Origin: an uncultured virus (IMG/VR IMGVR_UViG_3300001682_000650)
Taxonomy: Duplodnaviria > Heunggongvirae > Uroviricota > Caudoviricetes
IMG/VR virus record: IMGVR_UViG_3300001682_000650
Direction: 5' to 3' (one strand)
DNA length: 64,000 nt
Shown: in pieces, positions 1 through 9,973 of the stretch
Layout: each line of letters begins with the position of its first letter
Position numbering within the stretch: position 1 is the stretch's first letter
Position numbers and translations under genes: made by a program
Notes under the pieces: model-generated
What the model was told of the DNA's origin: nothing
Database searches by the model: none
The model's input: only the letters and a program-made list of their open reading frames with translations

Positions 1-729
1 CTAAATCAAAGTTAGAGTCTTTTTAAAGTATTTATTACTGCCTTTGTTAAATTCAACAGGCATCGATTCTCTTGTATCTGCAAAATAAGTCACTATGCTC
101 CCGTTTATTTTGTTTTCGCTTTGTATATAGCTCTCATGTAGGACAATTCCCCGCAGAATATCAACGATAATGCTGTGCTTCACCTTAAAGTTGCCTATGT
201 CAAATTCATACTCTTTTTCGTACTCAAGCATAAACTTGGACTTATAATTCATTTTCTTTAAGGGCTTGCCATTACCCATATAAAAATCATCATACGCCCC
301 CACCGTGTAGTTGAAATTATCATACGGTGGGCGGTCTGTGAAAGGATATTCTTTATCAGTCTTAATAGCCATATAGAAAGGCTTGCCTTCAACATACAAC
401 TTACCTGTTTGGTCTAATTCCACATAGAAGTATGTCCTCTCGTCACGAAGTACGATTTGATTTACAAACTCTAAAGAGTCTTTATCCATTCTAAATACTT
501 CATTTTCTTTATCAAATGTAAGCTTAATCTCTTCCCCGCCCACAAGCTCCACGATTTTCTGATAGTTGAGGTTAGAAAACCGAATAATCCCGCTGTCTGC
601 ACTAAAGTTGACCGTTGAATCTCCGCTCGACTCGGTTATCCTAAAACTGTCTACCTTGCTTTTGTCTAACTTTATTCCGTCATGCTGTTTAATTATACTT
701 CCATCTTTCAACCTTGCGATCCAAATCAT
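1..729 (-). CDS. hypothetical protein (distal late module)
   Basis: 242-aa ORF with SD-like GGTAGGA upstream, co-oriented with the late operon; no motif recognised. Confidence 0.6.
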   Translation of the reverse strand: MIWIARLKDGSIIKQHDGIKLDKSKVDSFRITESSGDSTVNFSADSGIIRFSNLNYQKIVELVGGEEIKLTFDKENEVFRMDKDSLEFVNQIVLRDERTYFYVELDQTGKLYVEGKPFYMAIKTDKEYPFTDRPPYDNFNYTVGAYDDFYMGNGKPLKKMNYKSKFMLEYEKEYEFDIGNFKVKHSIIVDILRGIVLHESYIQSENKINGSIVTYFADTRESMPVEFNKGSNKYFKKTLTLI

Positions 730-746
730 TTCCTACCACCGTGTCC

Positions 747-1400
747 TTATATAATTCCGTCATAGTTGTAAGACACACGGGTATACCACTCAACCCTACC
801 TGCCTGTGCGTCAGGATTTACTACAAGTCTCATTTTAACCTTTGAATAATTGGCACTTGCAGCGATGTCACCTGCATTTACAGCACCACTGATGATGTTT
901 CTCACTCCAGAAGCAGATAGAACGTCTACCTTAACACCACCCTCAATGGTGGCCCATTCTCCAGGTTTCCATGTTCCGCCTTGTCCGTAAACTCCCCAAC
1001 CATTTTCTACTTGATTGTAGAAAATTACCTCAACATGACCTCTCTTGTTTTCATCATTACTTGGACCAGCAATAGGACCTTCTGGTTTATAAGAGTTTGT
1101 AGTGTCGATATCGCCCTGACCATCACGAACAAGCGACAATGTGGATATCTGAACACTCTGCATGCTACTTACCTGTGTGTTTCCTCCCCTGTTATTCCAG
1201 ATTAAGAAAGTACAAGGATAGTACTCAGGGTCAGGATCATCAAGTGAAACAGAACGGCTTGAGCTACCTGCATCGATAATGCCAGCGTTCCATGAAGACA
1301 TTTCCTGTGTGTTTGGTGCAATTGTAACATCGCTCTCATTTTTAAACGATTCGCCATTATACCAGCTTACTATTGGAGCTTCTAAACTCATTTTATACAC
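747..1400 (-). CDS. putative virion structural protein
   Basis: 217-aa beta-rich ORF in the tail operon; translationally coupled to the upstream gene. Confidence 0.55.
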   Translation of the reverse strand: MYKMSLEAPIVSWYNGESFKNESDVTIAPNTQEMSSWNAGIIDAGSSSRSVSLDDPDPEYYPCTFLIWNNRGGNTQVSSMQSVQISTLSLVRDGQGDIDTTNSYKPEGPIAGPSNDENKRGHVEVIFYNQVENGWGVYGQGGTWKPGEWATIEGGVKVDVLSASGVRNIISGAVNAGDIAASANYSKVKMRLVVNPDAQAGRVEWYTRVSYNYDGII

Positions 1401-1854
1401 CCTTTCTAACGAAAATTTGCAGATTAAAAGTAGTTAGCGAGCCTGCATTTGTTAATGTGACATATATATCATTAGTGCCTGACTCATCTTTGAATGGGAT
1501 CTCCATTATGTCCCACAGTATGTTATTTACTGTTCCTGACCTGTATACATACTTCCCGCCCACATTCTGCGGTTTTGTGAATATTGAAAGTTCAAAGTCA
1601 CCTGTATGTTCATGACCGGAACACTTTATCCCACGAATGAATCCATTTTTGATGAACGGGATCCAAAGTGATCTTGTTTCATTTTGCTCTACATACGAAA
1701 TTGAAGTTTCGTAAACATCTAACAATGAACCGCCCTTGTCATAGAGTTCATTGATTGCGGTAACAACTGTTTTGGAAGATGTTTTTAGCTCTCTGGTGTC
1801 CCCCACCGAACGCTTTACTTTTTTTGTTTCCTGTAGAGCAATAATCGTATCCAC
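1393..1854 (-). CDS. putative tail-associated protein
   Basis: N-terminal 'VGDTRELKTSSKTVVTAINEL' resembles the G.L..L.T..K..V.AINE repeat of Firmicute phage tail fibres; late promoter motif directly upstream. Confidence 0.55.
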   Translation of the reverse strand: MDTIIALQETKKVKRSVGDTRELKTSSKTVVTAINELYDKGGSLLDVYETSISYVEQNETRSLWIPFIKNGFIRGIKCSGHEHTGDFELSIFTKPQNVGGKYVYRSGTVNNILWDIMEIPFKDESGTNDIYVTLTNAGSLTTFNLQIFVRKGV

Positions 1855-1889
1855 AAAATCACCACTAAATTAAAATAGCTACCTATTAG

Positions 1890-1919
1890 TAGAATAGGTA
1901 GCTGCCGGTACTGTGTAAC
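1890..1919 (-). promoter_or_regulatory. putative phage late promoter (GTTAC-N15-ACCTATTCTA)
   Basis: one of nine copies with identical 15-nt spacing, upstream of 1393..1854. Confidence 0.7.
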
Positions 1920-1922
1920 ATG

Positions 1923-2204
1923 TTATACCCATTCACGTGTGATTTTACCTCGACTTAGAATAGGATATCCGTTTATGACTGTTGAGAACTCATAAAATAT
2001 ATCACCGACACCATCTGGTACCGTATAGTTATAGGCGAACACATTTGGGTCTAATTTATGATCATCTGTTAATATTATGTCTTCACCCATCTGTACTTTT
2101 CTATAGTCAAAGAACCTTAGTACAGCCGTGGCTGGAGAAACAGCCTCTCCATCAACCCCATAAAATTCTGCCTTCAGTCTTATTGTATTACCTATAATTG
2201 CCAT
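1923..2204 (-). CDS. small virion/baseplate-associated protein
   Basis: 93 aa; 'IGNTIRLKAEF...G..V.P' Ig-like phage structural pattern; in late operon. Confidence 0.5.
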   Translation of the reverse strand: MAIIGNTIRLKAEFYGVDGEAVSPATAVLRFFDYRKVQMGEDIILTDDHKLDPNVFAYNYTVPDGVGDIFYEFSTVINGYPILSRGKITREWV

Positions 2205-2208
2205 AAGA

Positions 2209-2412
2209 TCACCCTATACCAGTCTTTGTGTAAGATTCAGCTATGATAGTCTTAGCAACTGCATCTGTCAGATCCACTCCGCAAAAAACAGGTTTCTGCA
2301 CACCGAGATTATAGTTCAGATATCCATTGTTTGGCATAAGGACATACTTAACCAGTTCTATGTGAGCTATTGCAAAATATGCAATGTCCATCTCAAGCAT
2401 GTATTCCATCAT
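2209..2412 (-). CDS. hypothetical protein
   Basis: 67-aa ORF overlapping the stop of the upstream gene (ATGA coupling). Confidence 0.45.
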   Translation of the reverse strand: MMEYMLEMDIAYFAIAHIELVKYVLMPNNGYLNYNLGVQKPVFCGVDLTDAVAKTIIAESYTKTGIG

Positions 2413-2810
2413 GTGTCACCAATTGAAAGTATTTGATTATCAATGAACGAAAAAGATACTCTACCAGATAATAATGTTACTGCTTCGGGCATTTCAGCAT
2501 ACCCGAAAAGAGAACCATCTTCTAGATACAGAACAACATACTTAAAAGTAGCAGATAAATCGTCAATTGAAATTCTTGATACTGTTAACGTATAGCCTCT
2601 ATCTGTTTCGATTAACTCATTTACATCCATTGTATCTTCAATGTGAAAAACGACATAAGAAGAAATATCATCTATTGTTTTATGATTAAGGTCTGGGGTA
2701 TAGTTTGAACATAAAAGCTTCAAGTGAAAACAAGCGGTAGATAAATCAACACCGCCCACCATAAATTTTTCTATCATGTTTTTGTAGAGTATGAGTTGAA
2801 TAGCTACCAC
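2409..2810 (-). CDS. putative tail structural protein
   Basis: 133 aa; 'DLS...HLKLL.S.YTPD..H' and 'FKYVVLY...G.L.GY' resemble small phage minor tail proteins. Confidence 0.5.
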   Translation of the reverse strand: MVAIQLILYKNMIEKFMVGGVDLSTACFHLKLLCSNYTPDLNHKTIDDISSYVVFHIEDTMDVNELIETDRGYTLTVSRISIDDLSATFKYVVLYLEDGSLFGYAEMPEAVTLLSGRVSFSFIDNQILSIGDT

Positions 2811-2856
2811 CGCCTTTTAATGGGATGGCCCCCACGGTGGGGTGGGGGCGTGATTA

Positions 2857-3507
2857 CTAAGAAACTACAGCAGTAACTCCAGTGATCTTTCCGGAAGTTT
2901 CGTCATAAGTATATGTCTTAGTGGTTGTCTTGCCATCTTCAGTAATTGCTTCAGTGGCAATCTTACCCACAGCATTGTAAGTGTATGCAATCTCTCTTAC
3001 AATATCGCCTGTATAGCTTACTTTATGGATCTTGCCATCGTTCCCGCCCTCAGTGTAATAGGTAACCGCTACGGAATAGTTCAGCTTTGTTGCGTTACCG
3101 ATGATAAAGGTAATTACATCACCAGCTTCTAAGATATCAGCACCGAATCGCACGGTTGTTGCAGAATCTTCTGTATAGTCTCCATTGCCAAGTGTTTGCT
3201 GAATACCGTTCCGAAGTACCAGAAGGTTGTTCTTACCAACCTTGTATGTCTTCGAATTGGGGATCGTGATGACTACAGGTTCTTCTGCAACGATATCTTC
3301 TGCGTCAACTGTGTAGGTCTCCACATCATTAAATACAGGAGTAGTGACAGGTGCCGACGCCATAGCCATAACTGTCTCATTGATAAGCTGAGCCTCAGTG
3401 TTGATGTTGGCAATGCTCTGGTCAAACCCATCCATTCTCTCTCCAATATTAGTAAAACCTTCTTTTCCGGACTCTATCTGCTTAGGCGTTACTTTCTTCT
3501 GTGCCAT
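2857..3507 (-). CDS. putative tail/baseplate protein with C-terminal YD-like repeats
   Basis: 'YKVGKNNLLVLRNGIQQ..DYTE' module plus 'YTYNAVGKI', 'YTYDETSGKI'; same architecture as 3556..4440. Confidence 0.6.
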   Translation of the reverse strand: MAQKKVTPKQIESGKEGFTNIGERMDGFDQSIANINTEAQLINETVMAMASAPVTTPVFNDVETYTVDAEDIVAEEPVVITIPNSKTYKVGKNNLLVLRNGIQQTLGNGDYTEDSATTVRFGADILEAGDVITFIIGNATKLNYSVAVTYYTEGGNDGKIHKVSYTGDIVREIAYTYNAVGKIATEAITEDGKTTTKTYTYDETSGKITGVTAVVS

Positions 3508-3540
3508 TGCTAATCACTCCTTGCGATAATAATTCACTTA

Positions 3541-3570
3541 TAGGATAGGCCACATTTATACAACAGTAAC
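3541..3570 (-). promoter_or_regulatory. putative phage late promoter (GTTAC-N15-GCCTATCCTA)
   Basis: conserved bipartite motif upstream of 2857..3507. Confidence 0.7.
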
Positions 3571-4440
3571 TGTTACTGAAACACCTTCAATATCCCCAAA
3601 GCTGTTGTACGTGTAGATCTTCTCTATCTGCTTAAAGTTTTTTGTCACTATTTCTTTAAAAATATTCCCATCATTGTCATACTCATATTGAGTGGTTCTA
3701 ACTACCTGGTTATCTTTCATGACTGTTTCAAAGGTTACGTTTTGATAAGCATCGTAGGTGTAAGTAGTGGTATGGTCGTTACAGTCTTCCCATGGATCGG
3801 TATCTGCAACTAAAAACTCAATCACGCCATCTGGCAATTCGTCATAGTCAAAGGTAATGGTTCTACTATCAACTTCAACATAATCTTTTACAAGTAACCC
3901 GTTAATGAATACTAAAAGGTCATTCATGCCTGGGTTATATGCAATATTGTTCATTACATAGGTAGTTTGAAAATTATCTGTTATTTCCTGCTTCTCGTAT
4001 TGGAACAGTATGCCTATATTTTTTGTCGTAAACGGAATGTTCCATTCTTCCCACCCATTTATGCCATAGTGATAGAATTTCTTTAGTTCAGTAACAACAG
4101 CAATACTGTTAAACTGAATATCCCTCAATCTTGCAAGATCCGAATAGGAAGATACTATTCGTAAGTCTCCTATAGTGATTCCTTCAGAAAGGTTATGACG
4201 TATGGTGATGACATCTCCCTCTTCTAAAGGATTATCTGTATCAGTATACCGAAGGCTGGTGGATGATACCTCTTCAAAGACGCTTCTCTCTTGAAGAACA
4301 CCATTTCTGAAGATGTCGATCATTCCAGTACCTACAACATATGGGTTAGAAAGATCTATGATGGTTTGTCCGTCTTGAACTATTACTATTTCTTCTCTTA
4401 TAAGTACACTTTGACCTGCGCTTACCCAATCAAGCGACAA
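3556..4440 (-). CDS. putative tail/baseplate protein with repeated module and YD-like repeats
   Basis: two copies of the 'Y..G...L.VF.NG.L...Y.E.D...I.F' module; C-terminal 'YTYDAYQN', 'YEYDNDGN', 'YTYNSFGD'. Confidence 0.6.
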   Translation of the reverse strand: MSLDWVSAGQSVLIREEIVIVQDGQTIIDLSNPYVVGTGMIDIFRNGVLQERSVFEEVSSTSLRYTDTDNPLEEGDVITIRHNLSEGITIGDLRIVSSYSDLARLRDIQFNSIAVVTELKKFYHYGINGWEEWNIPFTTKNIGILFQYEKQEITDNFQTTYVMNNIAYNPGMNDLLVFINGLLVKDYVEVDSRTITFDYDELPDGVIEFLVADTDPWEDCNDHTTTYTYDAYQNVTFETVMKDNQVVRTTQYEYDNDGNIFKEIVTKNFKQIEKIYTYNSFGDIEGVSVTVTVV

Positions 4441-5460
4441 CTAAACCACCTCCAGAAAGAACGTACATACTTTGTTCTTATAGTCATAGTCGATGGCGTT
4501 ATCAGGTCTTTTAATGTATAAGTAAAATGGAACTTCACCATATGGTTCAATTGTGGTTTCAAGGCTATTGAAATAATCATTATAGGCTACCAAATCAATC
4601 TCGTCTAATGATAACCAAACCCAGTCATAGAATGGTGAGTACTCCGCCACCCGTAATGTAACTTGAACATCTTCATCAGAATTGTTCTTAAGGTAGTATT
4701 GTTTCAGTATGTACCCATTATTGAGGTTTCCTAAAAACTCTTCACCGATTACAGGGAATACTTCATGAAACTCATTCAATATATCAACGTCAACGGTGCA
4801 TTCATAATCGTCACCGCCCCACACATTGTACAGGTCACATTCACATACAAGAGCCTCGCCGTCATATATCTTGAAATTTCCTGAGAATGGGTAGGTGTTT
4901 AGCTTGAACACCATTTCACCATTTACTGATGTTGTTACAAGACTATTGTTAATATACAACTTCCAACCATCCAAAGTACCGTATATATTAACGAACTCAC
5001 TCTCGTATGCTTTGAAGCTTAGAAGCTCGTATGGTGTGGAGCCACCGACTACTACAGAAACCGTATCGACTGAACTAAGCGTTACACTCCCACGATCTTC
5101 CCACAACTGCATGTTATGGCTACCCTTACCTTGAAACAAGTTCCCAGTCTTTACGATACGAACACCACGATAAGTGCCAGGGTTCTCAGTATAGTACTCA
5201 ACAAAATCACGTTTGGAAGATGTGTTTCTTATACGCAGCCCTCCAAAGTCTCCCTGCTCCATGGCTATGTAGTTATTTTCTACCTCAACAACACAATTTT
5301 CAGCACCTTGAAGGTCGAAAGCAATTTCACCGTTTTGTATGGATATAGCAGAAGACCCGTAGCTATATACAGCGTTGGGCCTTAGCCTATCATCCATCGG
5401 CGGTACCGAAAATGACTCATTGATTATTAAACCATTTTTGTGCTTCTTAAGTGTTTTCAC
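4441..5460 (-). CDS. putative tail protein
   Basis: 339-aa beta-rich ORF, tightly packed in the tail operon. Confidence 0.55.
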   Translation of the reverse strand: MKTLKKHKNGLIINESFSVPPMDDRLRPNAVYSYGSSAISIQNGEIAFDLQGAENCVVEVENNYIAMEQGDFGGLRIRNTSSKRDFVEYYTENPGTYRGVRIVKTGNLFQGKGSHNMQLWEDRGSVTLSSVDTVSVVVGGSTPYELLSFKAYESEFVNIYGTLDGWKLYINNSLVTTSVNGEMVFKLNTYPFSGNFKIYDGEALVCECDLYNVWGGDDYECTVDVDILNEFHEVFPVIGEEFLGNLNNGYILKQYYLKNNSDEDVQVTLRVAEYSPFYDWVWLSLDEIDLVAYNDYFNSLETTIEPYGEVPFYLYIKRPDNAIDYDYKNKVCTFFLEVV

Positions 5461-5473
5461 AACCTACCACCCA

Positions 5474-5815
5474 TTACTCGTTAGGTAGAACCTCATAATC
5501 CACAGGAATATAAATGCAACACCTGACATTAGAAGTTCCGTAAAAAGCAATGATACTTTTCAAGGATTCTCTCATATCTGTGTAGCTTGTGTAGGTAGCA
5601 TACAGGAACCAAGGGTCTTGTTTATAGGTACCTTTGCTGTTTAGTACATCCGGTGAATTGTCCTGACCCAAAGTATTGTTTGTTGAAAGAACAGAGTAAC
5701 TACTTGCTCCTGTTGACACATAAACGGTACCCTTATGAAATACCTTGTGTTCAGCGTCGGCGTTGTAAAATGGTCTTACGAAAACCATGAACACTTTGTT
5801 TAACAAATCAGCCAT
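5474..5815 (-). CDS. hypothetical protein
   Basis: probable start ATG at 5815 (MADLLNK) after an AAGGA-like SD, overlapping the upstream stop; same frame as ORF 5474..5875. Confidence 0.5.
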   Translation of the reverse strand: MADLLNKVFMVFVRPFYNADAEHKVFHKGTVYVSTGASSYSVLSTNNTLGQDNSPDVLNSKGTYKQDPWFLYATYTSYTDMRESLKSIIAFYGTSNVRCCIYIPVDYEVLPNE

Positions 5816-7805
5816 TATTATCACGTTTCCTTTCTTCTTCAACATCCCAGATAAGCTCATTCTCTGAAATGCCATATTCTCGTTTCATATCCCCGCCCCA
5901 GGTTCTCTGGTTACTACCGTGCTTCTTGCCTCTAATTCTGTCAATATAGCTTCTGTCTTTGCTGTATATGAACATACCGTCTATACCGTAATCTACCACA
6001 CGCCCGCCCCACCTGCTTTCAAAGTATCTTACCATGTCGTCTCTAATGCTTTCGAGTACTGAATATCCAGATAGAGTCATGTCGTCTTTGTGTTTACTCT
6101 TTTGGCCAGTTGATAGCCATTTACACCACCTGACAAGATATTCATATTCATTCGATACTTCATTTTGTGGTCTTGCTTCAGTTATCCATTCAATGAGTAT
6201 GTCCACAAATCTGTCAATGGCGTGTTCCGGTATGCAGGCACTAAAATGGTCTTTGTTTACATAGAGTATCTGTTCTACGAACAGTATAAAGTCTAACATT
6301 GCCTTGAAGCTTATGATTGCTTCAACTGTGTTCTCTTTCTCCTCAAATTTTAAGAAGTATTCTTTTTGAGGATTGAGCCAAATCTTATCGTGGGCGGTGC
6401 CTGTGCGATACCGCCACCTCTTGTAGAATCTCAGGTCTTTATACTTGTTTTTAAATGTACTATGTACTATACCGGCATATTTCCTTGGTGCTTTTCTTGT
6501 CCTATTTACAGTATAGGTAGATTTCAATTTATTCTTTCTCGTTTTCACGATTGCATGTGTATCTTTTAATTCAATCTTTATGACAGGAGATACAGGGTCA
6601 ATTCTCTTAACAGGATCCTTATGCGTATCATTACCTACAATAGAAGCCTGCTTGCCACTTCTCTCGTCAATATGCTTGGTGTACTCACGTTCAACACTAT
6701 TCGTATGATTCTTTTTGTCTATTCCACTCTTAATAAGTAAAACACCAAACAGTTCTTTGAGATACACTTCTGTGTCTAAAGACTCAACTTCCTTTGCTTT
6801 ATAATCAGCAACGTCAGCAACAATATTGTTGATCACAGACATTGTAGAATTTGCAGCCAATTCTTTGACTGTATATTTTTCTAAAAACTTTCTATACTCA
6901 GATAGCAACTTTTCAATCGGGTTCATATAAACATCCTTATATAGTTTACTGTTTCCTTCGATGGCTGTATTCTTAACAATGGCATCCATGCTGTATCGTG
7001 ATATCTTATCCAATGGAGTTGCATGCTTCCTTTTTAAGTGCTGTGTTTCTCTTAATAGCGATATTCTTCTATAACTATGTCTATTGAAATCATTTCTGTT
7101 TCTCTTGTGCATGCCCAAAGGCTTTATCTTGTCTGCGTGTTTCTTTAGCTGTTCCGTGAAGCTTAGAGGAATATCGAACAGCTCAATGTCACTGTTTATG
7201 TCTATGGTCTTAGAACTAAGCTTCTCAATAAGGTCACATGCCTCTGAAAGCGCAATACTTTTTGTGGCTATGTCTGAATAAATTAAATTCATTACCACCA
7301 ATCTTCTTATGTAAGCGTCTTTGATCATATCTCTTATAACACTTTTTGTTTTGATTTTAGACGCCCCGCCCGACACAAGATTTGCAGTTTTAGGTTTATT
7401 TTCACGTGTGTCTGCCTGTCCAAAATCCATAATTGCTGTGCTGTTCGAACTACCTTCAATTTTCTGTTCAACGTCAACGTCTTTTAAAGTTTCTGAGAAT
7501 ATCTCCAATGAATTAACTTCTGTGTTCTCATCTGCTGCGATACGTGTAGATGTTGCTGTATCAAGCTCTTTCGCGTACATGGTTTTATATATTGTATCGT
7601 ATAGTTTTTTAATAGGTACTTTTACTGACGCTATTTTTGAAGGCGGTGGCGAAATTTCTTCAGCCCCCTCCACCATTTTTAGAGCGTACTTGTAGATTTC
7701 ATATACAGTAAAGCCATAGAAGCGAAATGGATAAATGCCTTTAAGCAAAGCATTAAAGGCAAATTCATATCCATTTCTTATTCTAAACTCAAAAGAGTAA
7801 ACCAT
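5808..7805 (-). CDS. hypothetical late protein
   Basis: 665-aa ORF in the tail operon; basic central region; no catalytic motif recognised. Confidence 0.6.
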   Translation of the reverse strand: MVYSFEFRIRNGYEFAFNALLKGIYPFRFYGFTVYEIYKYALKMVEGAEEISPPPSKIASVKVPIKKLYDTIYKTMYAKELDTATSTRIAADENTEVNSLEIFSETLKDVDVEQKIEGSSNSTAIMDFGQADTRENKPKTANLVSGGASKIKTKSVIRDMIKDAYIRRLVVMNLIYSDIATKSIALSEACDLIEKLSSKTIDINSDIELFDIPLSFTEQLKKHADKIKPLGMHKRNRNDFNRHSYRRISLLRETQHLKRKHATPLDKISRYSMDAIVKNTAIEGNSKLYKDVYMNPIEKLLSEYRKFLEKYTVKELAANSTMSVINNIVADVADYKAKEVESLDTEVYLKELFGVLLIKSGIDKKNHTNSVEREYTKHIDERSGKQASIVGNDTHKDPVKRIDPVSPVIKIELKDTHAIVKTRKNKLKSTYTVNRTRKAPRKYAGIVHSTFKNKYKDLRFYKRWRYRTGTAHDKIWLNPQKEYFLKFEEKENTVEAIISFKAMLDFILFVEQILYVNKDHFSACIPEHAIDRFVDILIEWITEARPQNEVSNEYEYLVRWCKWLSTGQKSKHKDDMTLSGYSVLESIRDDMVRYFESRWGGRVVDYGIDGMFIYSKDRSYIDRIRGKKHGSNQRTWGGDMKREYGISENELIWDVEEERKRDNNG

Positions 7806-7807
7806 GA

Positions 7808-9061
7808 TTAGATATCCGTTCTTATTGCAAACCCAATGAGCACATCAGACGAAGTATTGAATGGGGTGTAAGGAGAATTGATATTTAAGAAAATGTATGT
7901 CTGCTCTTTGCCGCTCATGTATCTGTTGTAAATCAACTCAACACAGTGTTCTTTAGCAACCTTTGGCACAGCGATACAGTGTCTAAGGATACCTCTATCA
8001 TTCTCATGTGTATCTGTTAAAACAATATCAGATACAGGATGTTTACCAGTATGGAGCGACTGACCGTTAAAGGTTTTTTCTCTGAATTCATACCCGCCAA
8101 ACAAAGCAACTTTATGTGCCTGATAAGGTCTCTTTGTCTTCGTCTTAGCCATTACAACGTCAATAACACCTGTTCCTGTATAGTCACCGTATGTCTTAAA
8201 CAATGTAGGCTCTGTATAAGAACCGGAGAACCCACCGAAGTTACCTTCTTCGTCAGTTTCCAGAGCACCTTCAATTTGGTCAAGTGACCCAAAGTAGAAT
8301 GGAGAGGACAGCCATTCACTATCTGAAAGACCAGGGTCGCCCATCACTACTCCTGCAACGGCATTGTTGTCAAACGATAACCAATACTCAATCGGGAGCC
8401 ACCCGTGAGCAATTTCCTTAGCAACTGTGGATTCTTTAAACCAGTTCAACTTACCGGTCATGCTATAATGGTCGGCAGGGAATCCACTTGTAATATCAGC
8501 AGGATCGTCATCCTCTGCAATATCATAATCCTCACCAATGACCCACAGTAAGCCATAGTGGTTGGGAGTATCTGTCCCGATAGTCACTGTAGCTGGCTTA
8601 TACAGTTTCAGGTAGTATTCTTTTGTAATGTCAACAGTAGTCTCATAGTCTACAAGAACCTGCTTTCCATTAAGTGCTACGTTTACTGTAAGTGTAGAAG
8701 CATCACTGACTTTATATTCCATTACGTCAGGGCTACTTGACTCAGTTAAAAATAGATTATATTTCTTATCCCTAACAAATACCCTTGTCCCGCCACCAGT
8801 AGCAATCGCCTTGCTCAATGTGATTGTTCCGGCGGATACCGTTACAGGCTCTCTTTTGACCCATTTCTTAGTTACCTTCGTGGAAGCCTTGACAACAGCC
8901 ATATTTGTAATACCATCAAGTGCTTCCTCAAGATCTCCACCAGGGGCGGGGTTAATCAATGTCCAGTTATTAGATGGAACTAATTCATCGCCAGTACATA
9001 ACTTAGTAACCAAGTCTTTGATAATTGTATCGGCAGTTGTGTAATCTCTAATGTAAGCCAT
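7808..9061 (-). CDS. putative virion structural (tail/baseplate) protein
   Basis: 417 aa, strong SD (AAAGGAG); 'MAY....T...IIKDL' start typical of large Firmicute siphovirus tail proteins. Confidence 0.6.
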   Translation of the reverse strand: MAYIRDYTTADTIIKDLVTKLCTGDELVPSNNWTLINPAPGGDLEEALDGITNMAVVKASTKVTKKWVKREPVTVSAGTITLSKAIATGGGTRVFVRDKKYNLFLTESSSPDVMEYKVSDASTLTVNVALNGKQVLVDYETTVDITKEYYLKLYKPATVTIGTDTPNHYGLLWVIGEDYDIAEDDDPADITSGFPADHYSMTGKLNWFKESTVAKEIAHGWLPIEYWLSFDNNAVAGVVMGDPGLSDSEWLSSPFYFGSLDQIEGALETDEEGNFGGFSGSYTEPTLFKTYGDYTGTGVIDVVMAKTKTKRPYQAHKVALFGGYEFREKTFNGQSLHTGKHPVSDIVLTDTHENDRGILRHCIAVPKVAKEHCVELIYNRYMSGKEQTYIFLNINSPYTPFNTSSDVLIGFAIRTDI

Positions 9062-9091
9062 TAATATATTCTCCTTTCCATGACTGTAGCT

Positions 9092-9970
9092 TTATCGTGT
9101 GTTCACTACAGTTCCTACAACACGAATTTCTATTGGGTGCTGGTTTGTCGAACTTATATTTTTGAAATTTATGACTATACTCTTATCATTCCTGAAAACT
9201 GAAGTAATAGCGATTACGTTTACCCTTGCAAGGAAGTTTGATCCAATGTAGTTCGGATTTGTCTCCACATAATTTGACACTACACCGTTTAAATCGTAGG
9301 ATATCGTTGCAACAATATTCTGCAATGTTACATCGATAATGCTTAAGTTAAACTCAGAAATATCTGATTCCATGTTTACAAAGTTTGGCTGAATGATTAC
9401 AAGAGATAAAGTATCGTCACTATCTAAATTTGTTGACACTCCATTCCAGTCAAACGCCCATTCAAGCCTGTCCTCATCGTAAACATATTGCTCGTCAACA
9501 AGAGTAACTATTTCGTACATCAGATACTTTTCAAGCCCACTGTTGTTGTGAAAGTTAATAACAATAGGCATGCCAGCAGGAACAACTTCATAAACTTCAA
9601 AGGTTCTATACTCTGTCATCTCTTTTACATAGGAATCCTTAATAACATACCTCGAACCGATCATTACATCGTAAGTATCATCAACATTGTACGATGTGCA
9701 TATTAGCTGTACTCCTTTGAACTCTACTTCCGTATCTGGAATATATACTGCTTGATATGTACCTATGTTTGGGGCTATATGGATTTGCCCGCCCTTCTGA
9801 TAATTGTATTTCTTTAACGGAAAATATGGGTGTGGGAGCTTACGTACATCATGCACAGTATTAACATCATGTACAGTGTTCACATCTTGCACTGTTCCGA
9901 CATTATTAACCTGTTCGACCAACAGGCATTCCTCAACTGTTGGTACATATGCGATCGTGAAACTTCCCAT
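9092..9970 (-). CDS. putative tail protein with short N-terminal V-x-T-V-x-D repeats
   Basis: 292 aa; 'VGTVQDVNTVHDVNTVHDV'. Confidence 0.55.
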   Translation of the reverse strand: MGSFTIAYVPTVEECLLVEQVNNVGTVQDVNTVHDVNTVHDVRKLPHPYFPLKKYNYQKGGQIHIAPNIGTYQAVYIPDTEVEFKGVQLICTSYNVDDTYDVMIGSRYVIKDSYVKEMTEYRTFEVYEVVPAGMPIVINFHNNSGLEKYLMYEIVTLVDEQYVYDEDRLEWAFDWNGVSTNLDSDDTLSLVIIQPNFVNMESDISEFNLSIIDVTLQNIVATISYDLNGVVSNYVETNPNYIGSNFLARVNVIAITSVFRNDKSIVINFKNISSTNQHPIEIRVVGTVVNTR

Positions 9971-9973
9971 TTA

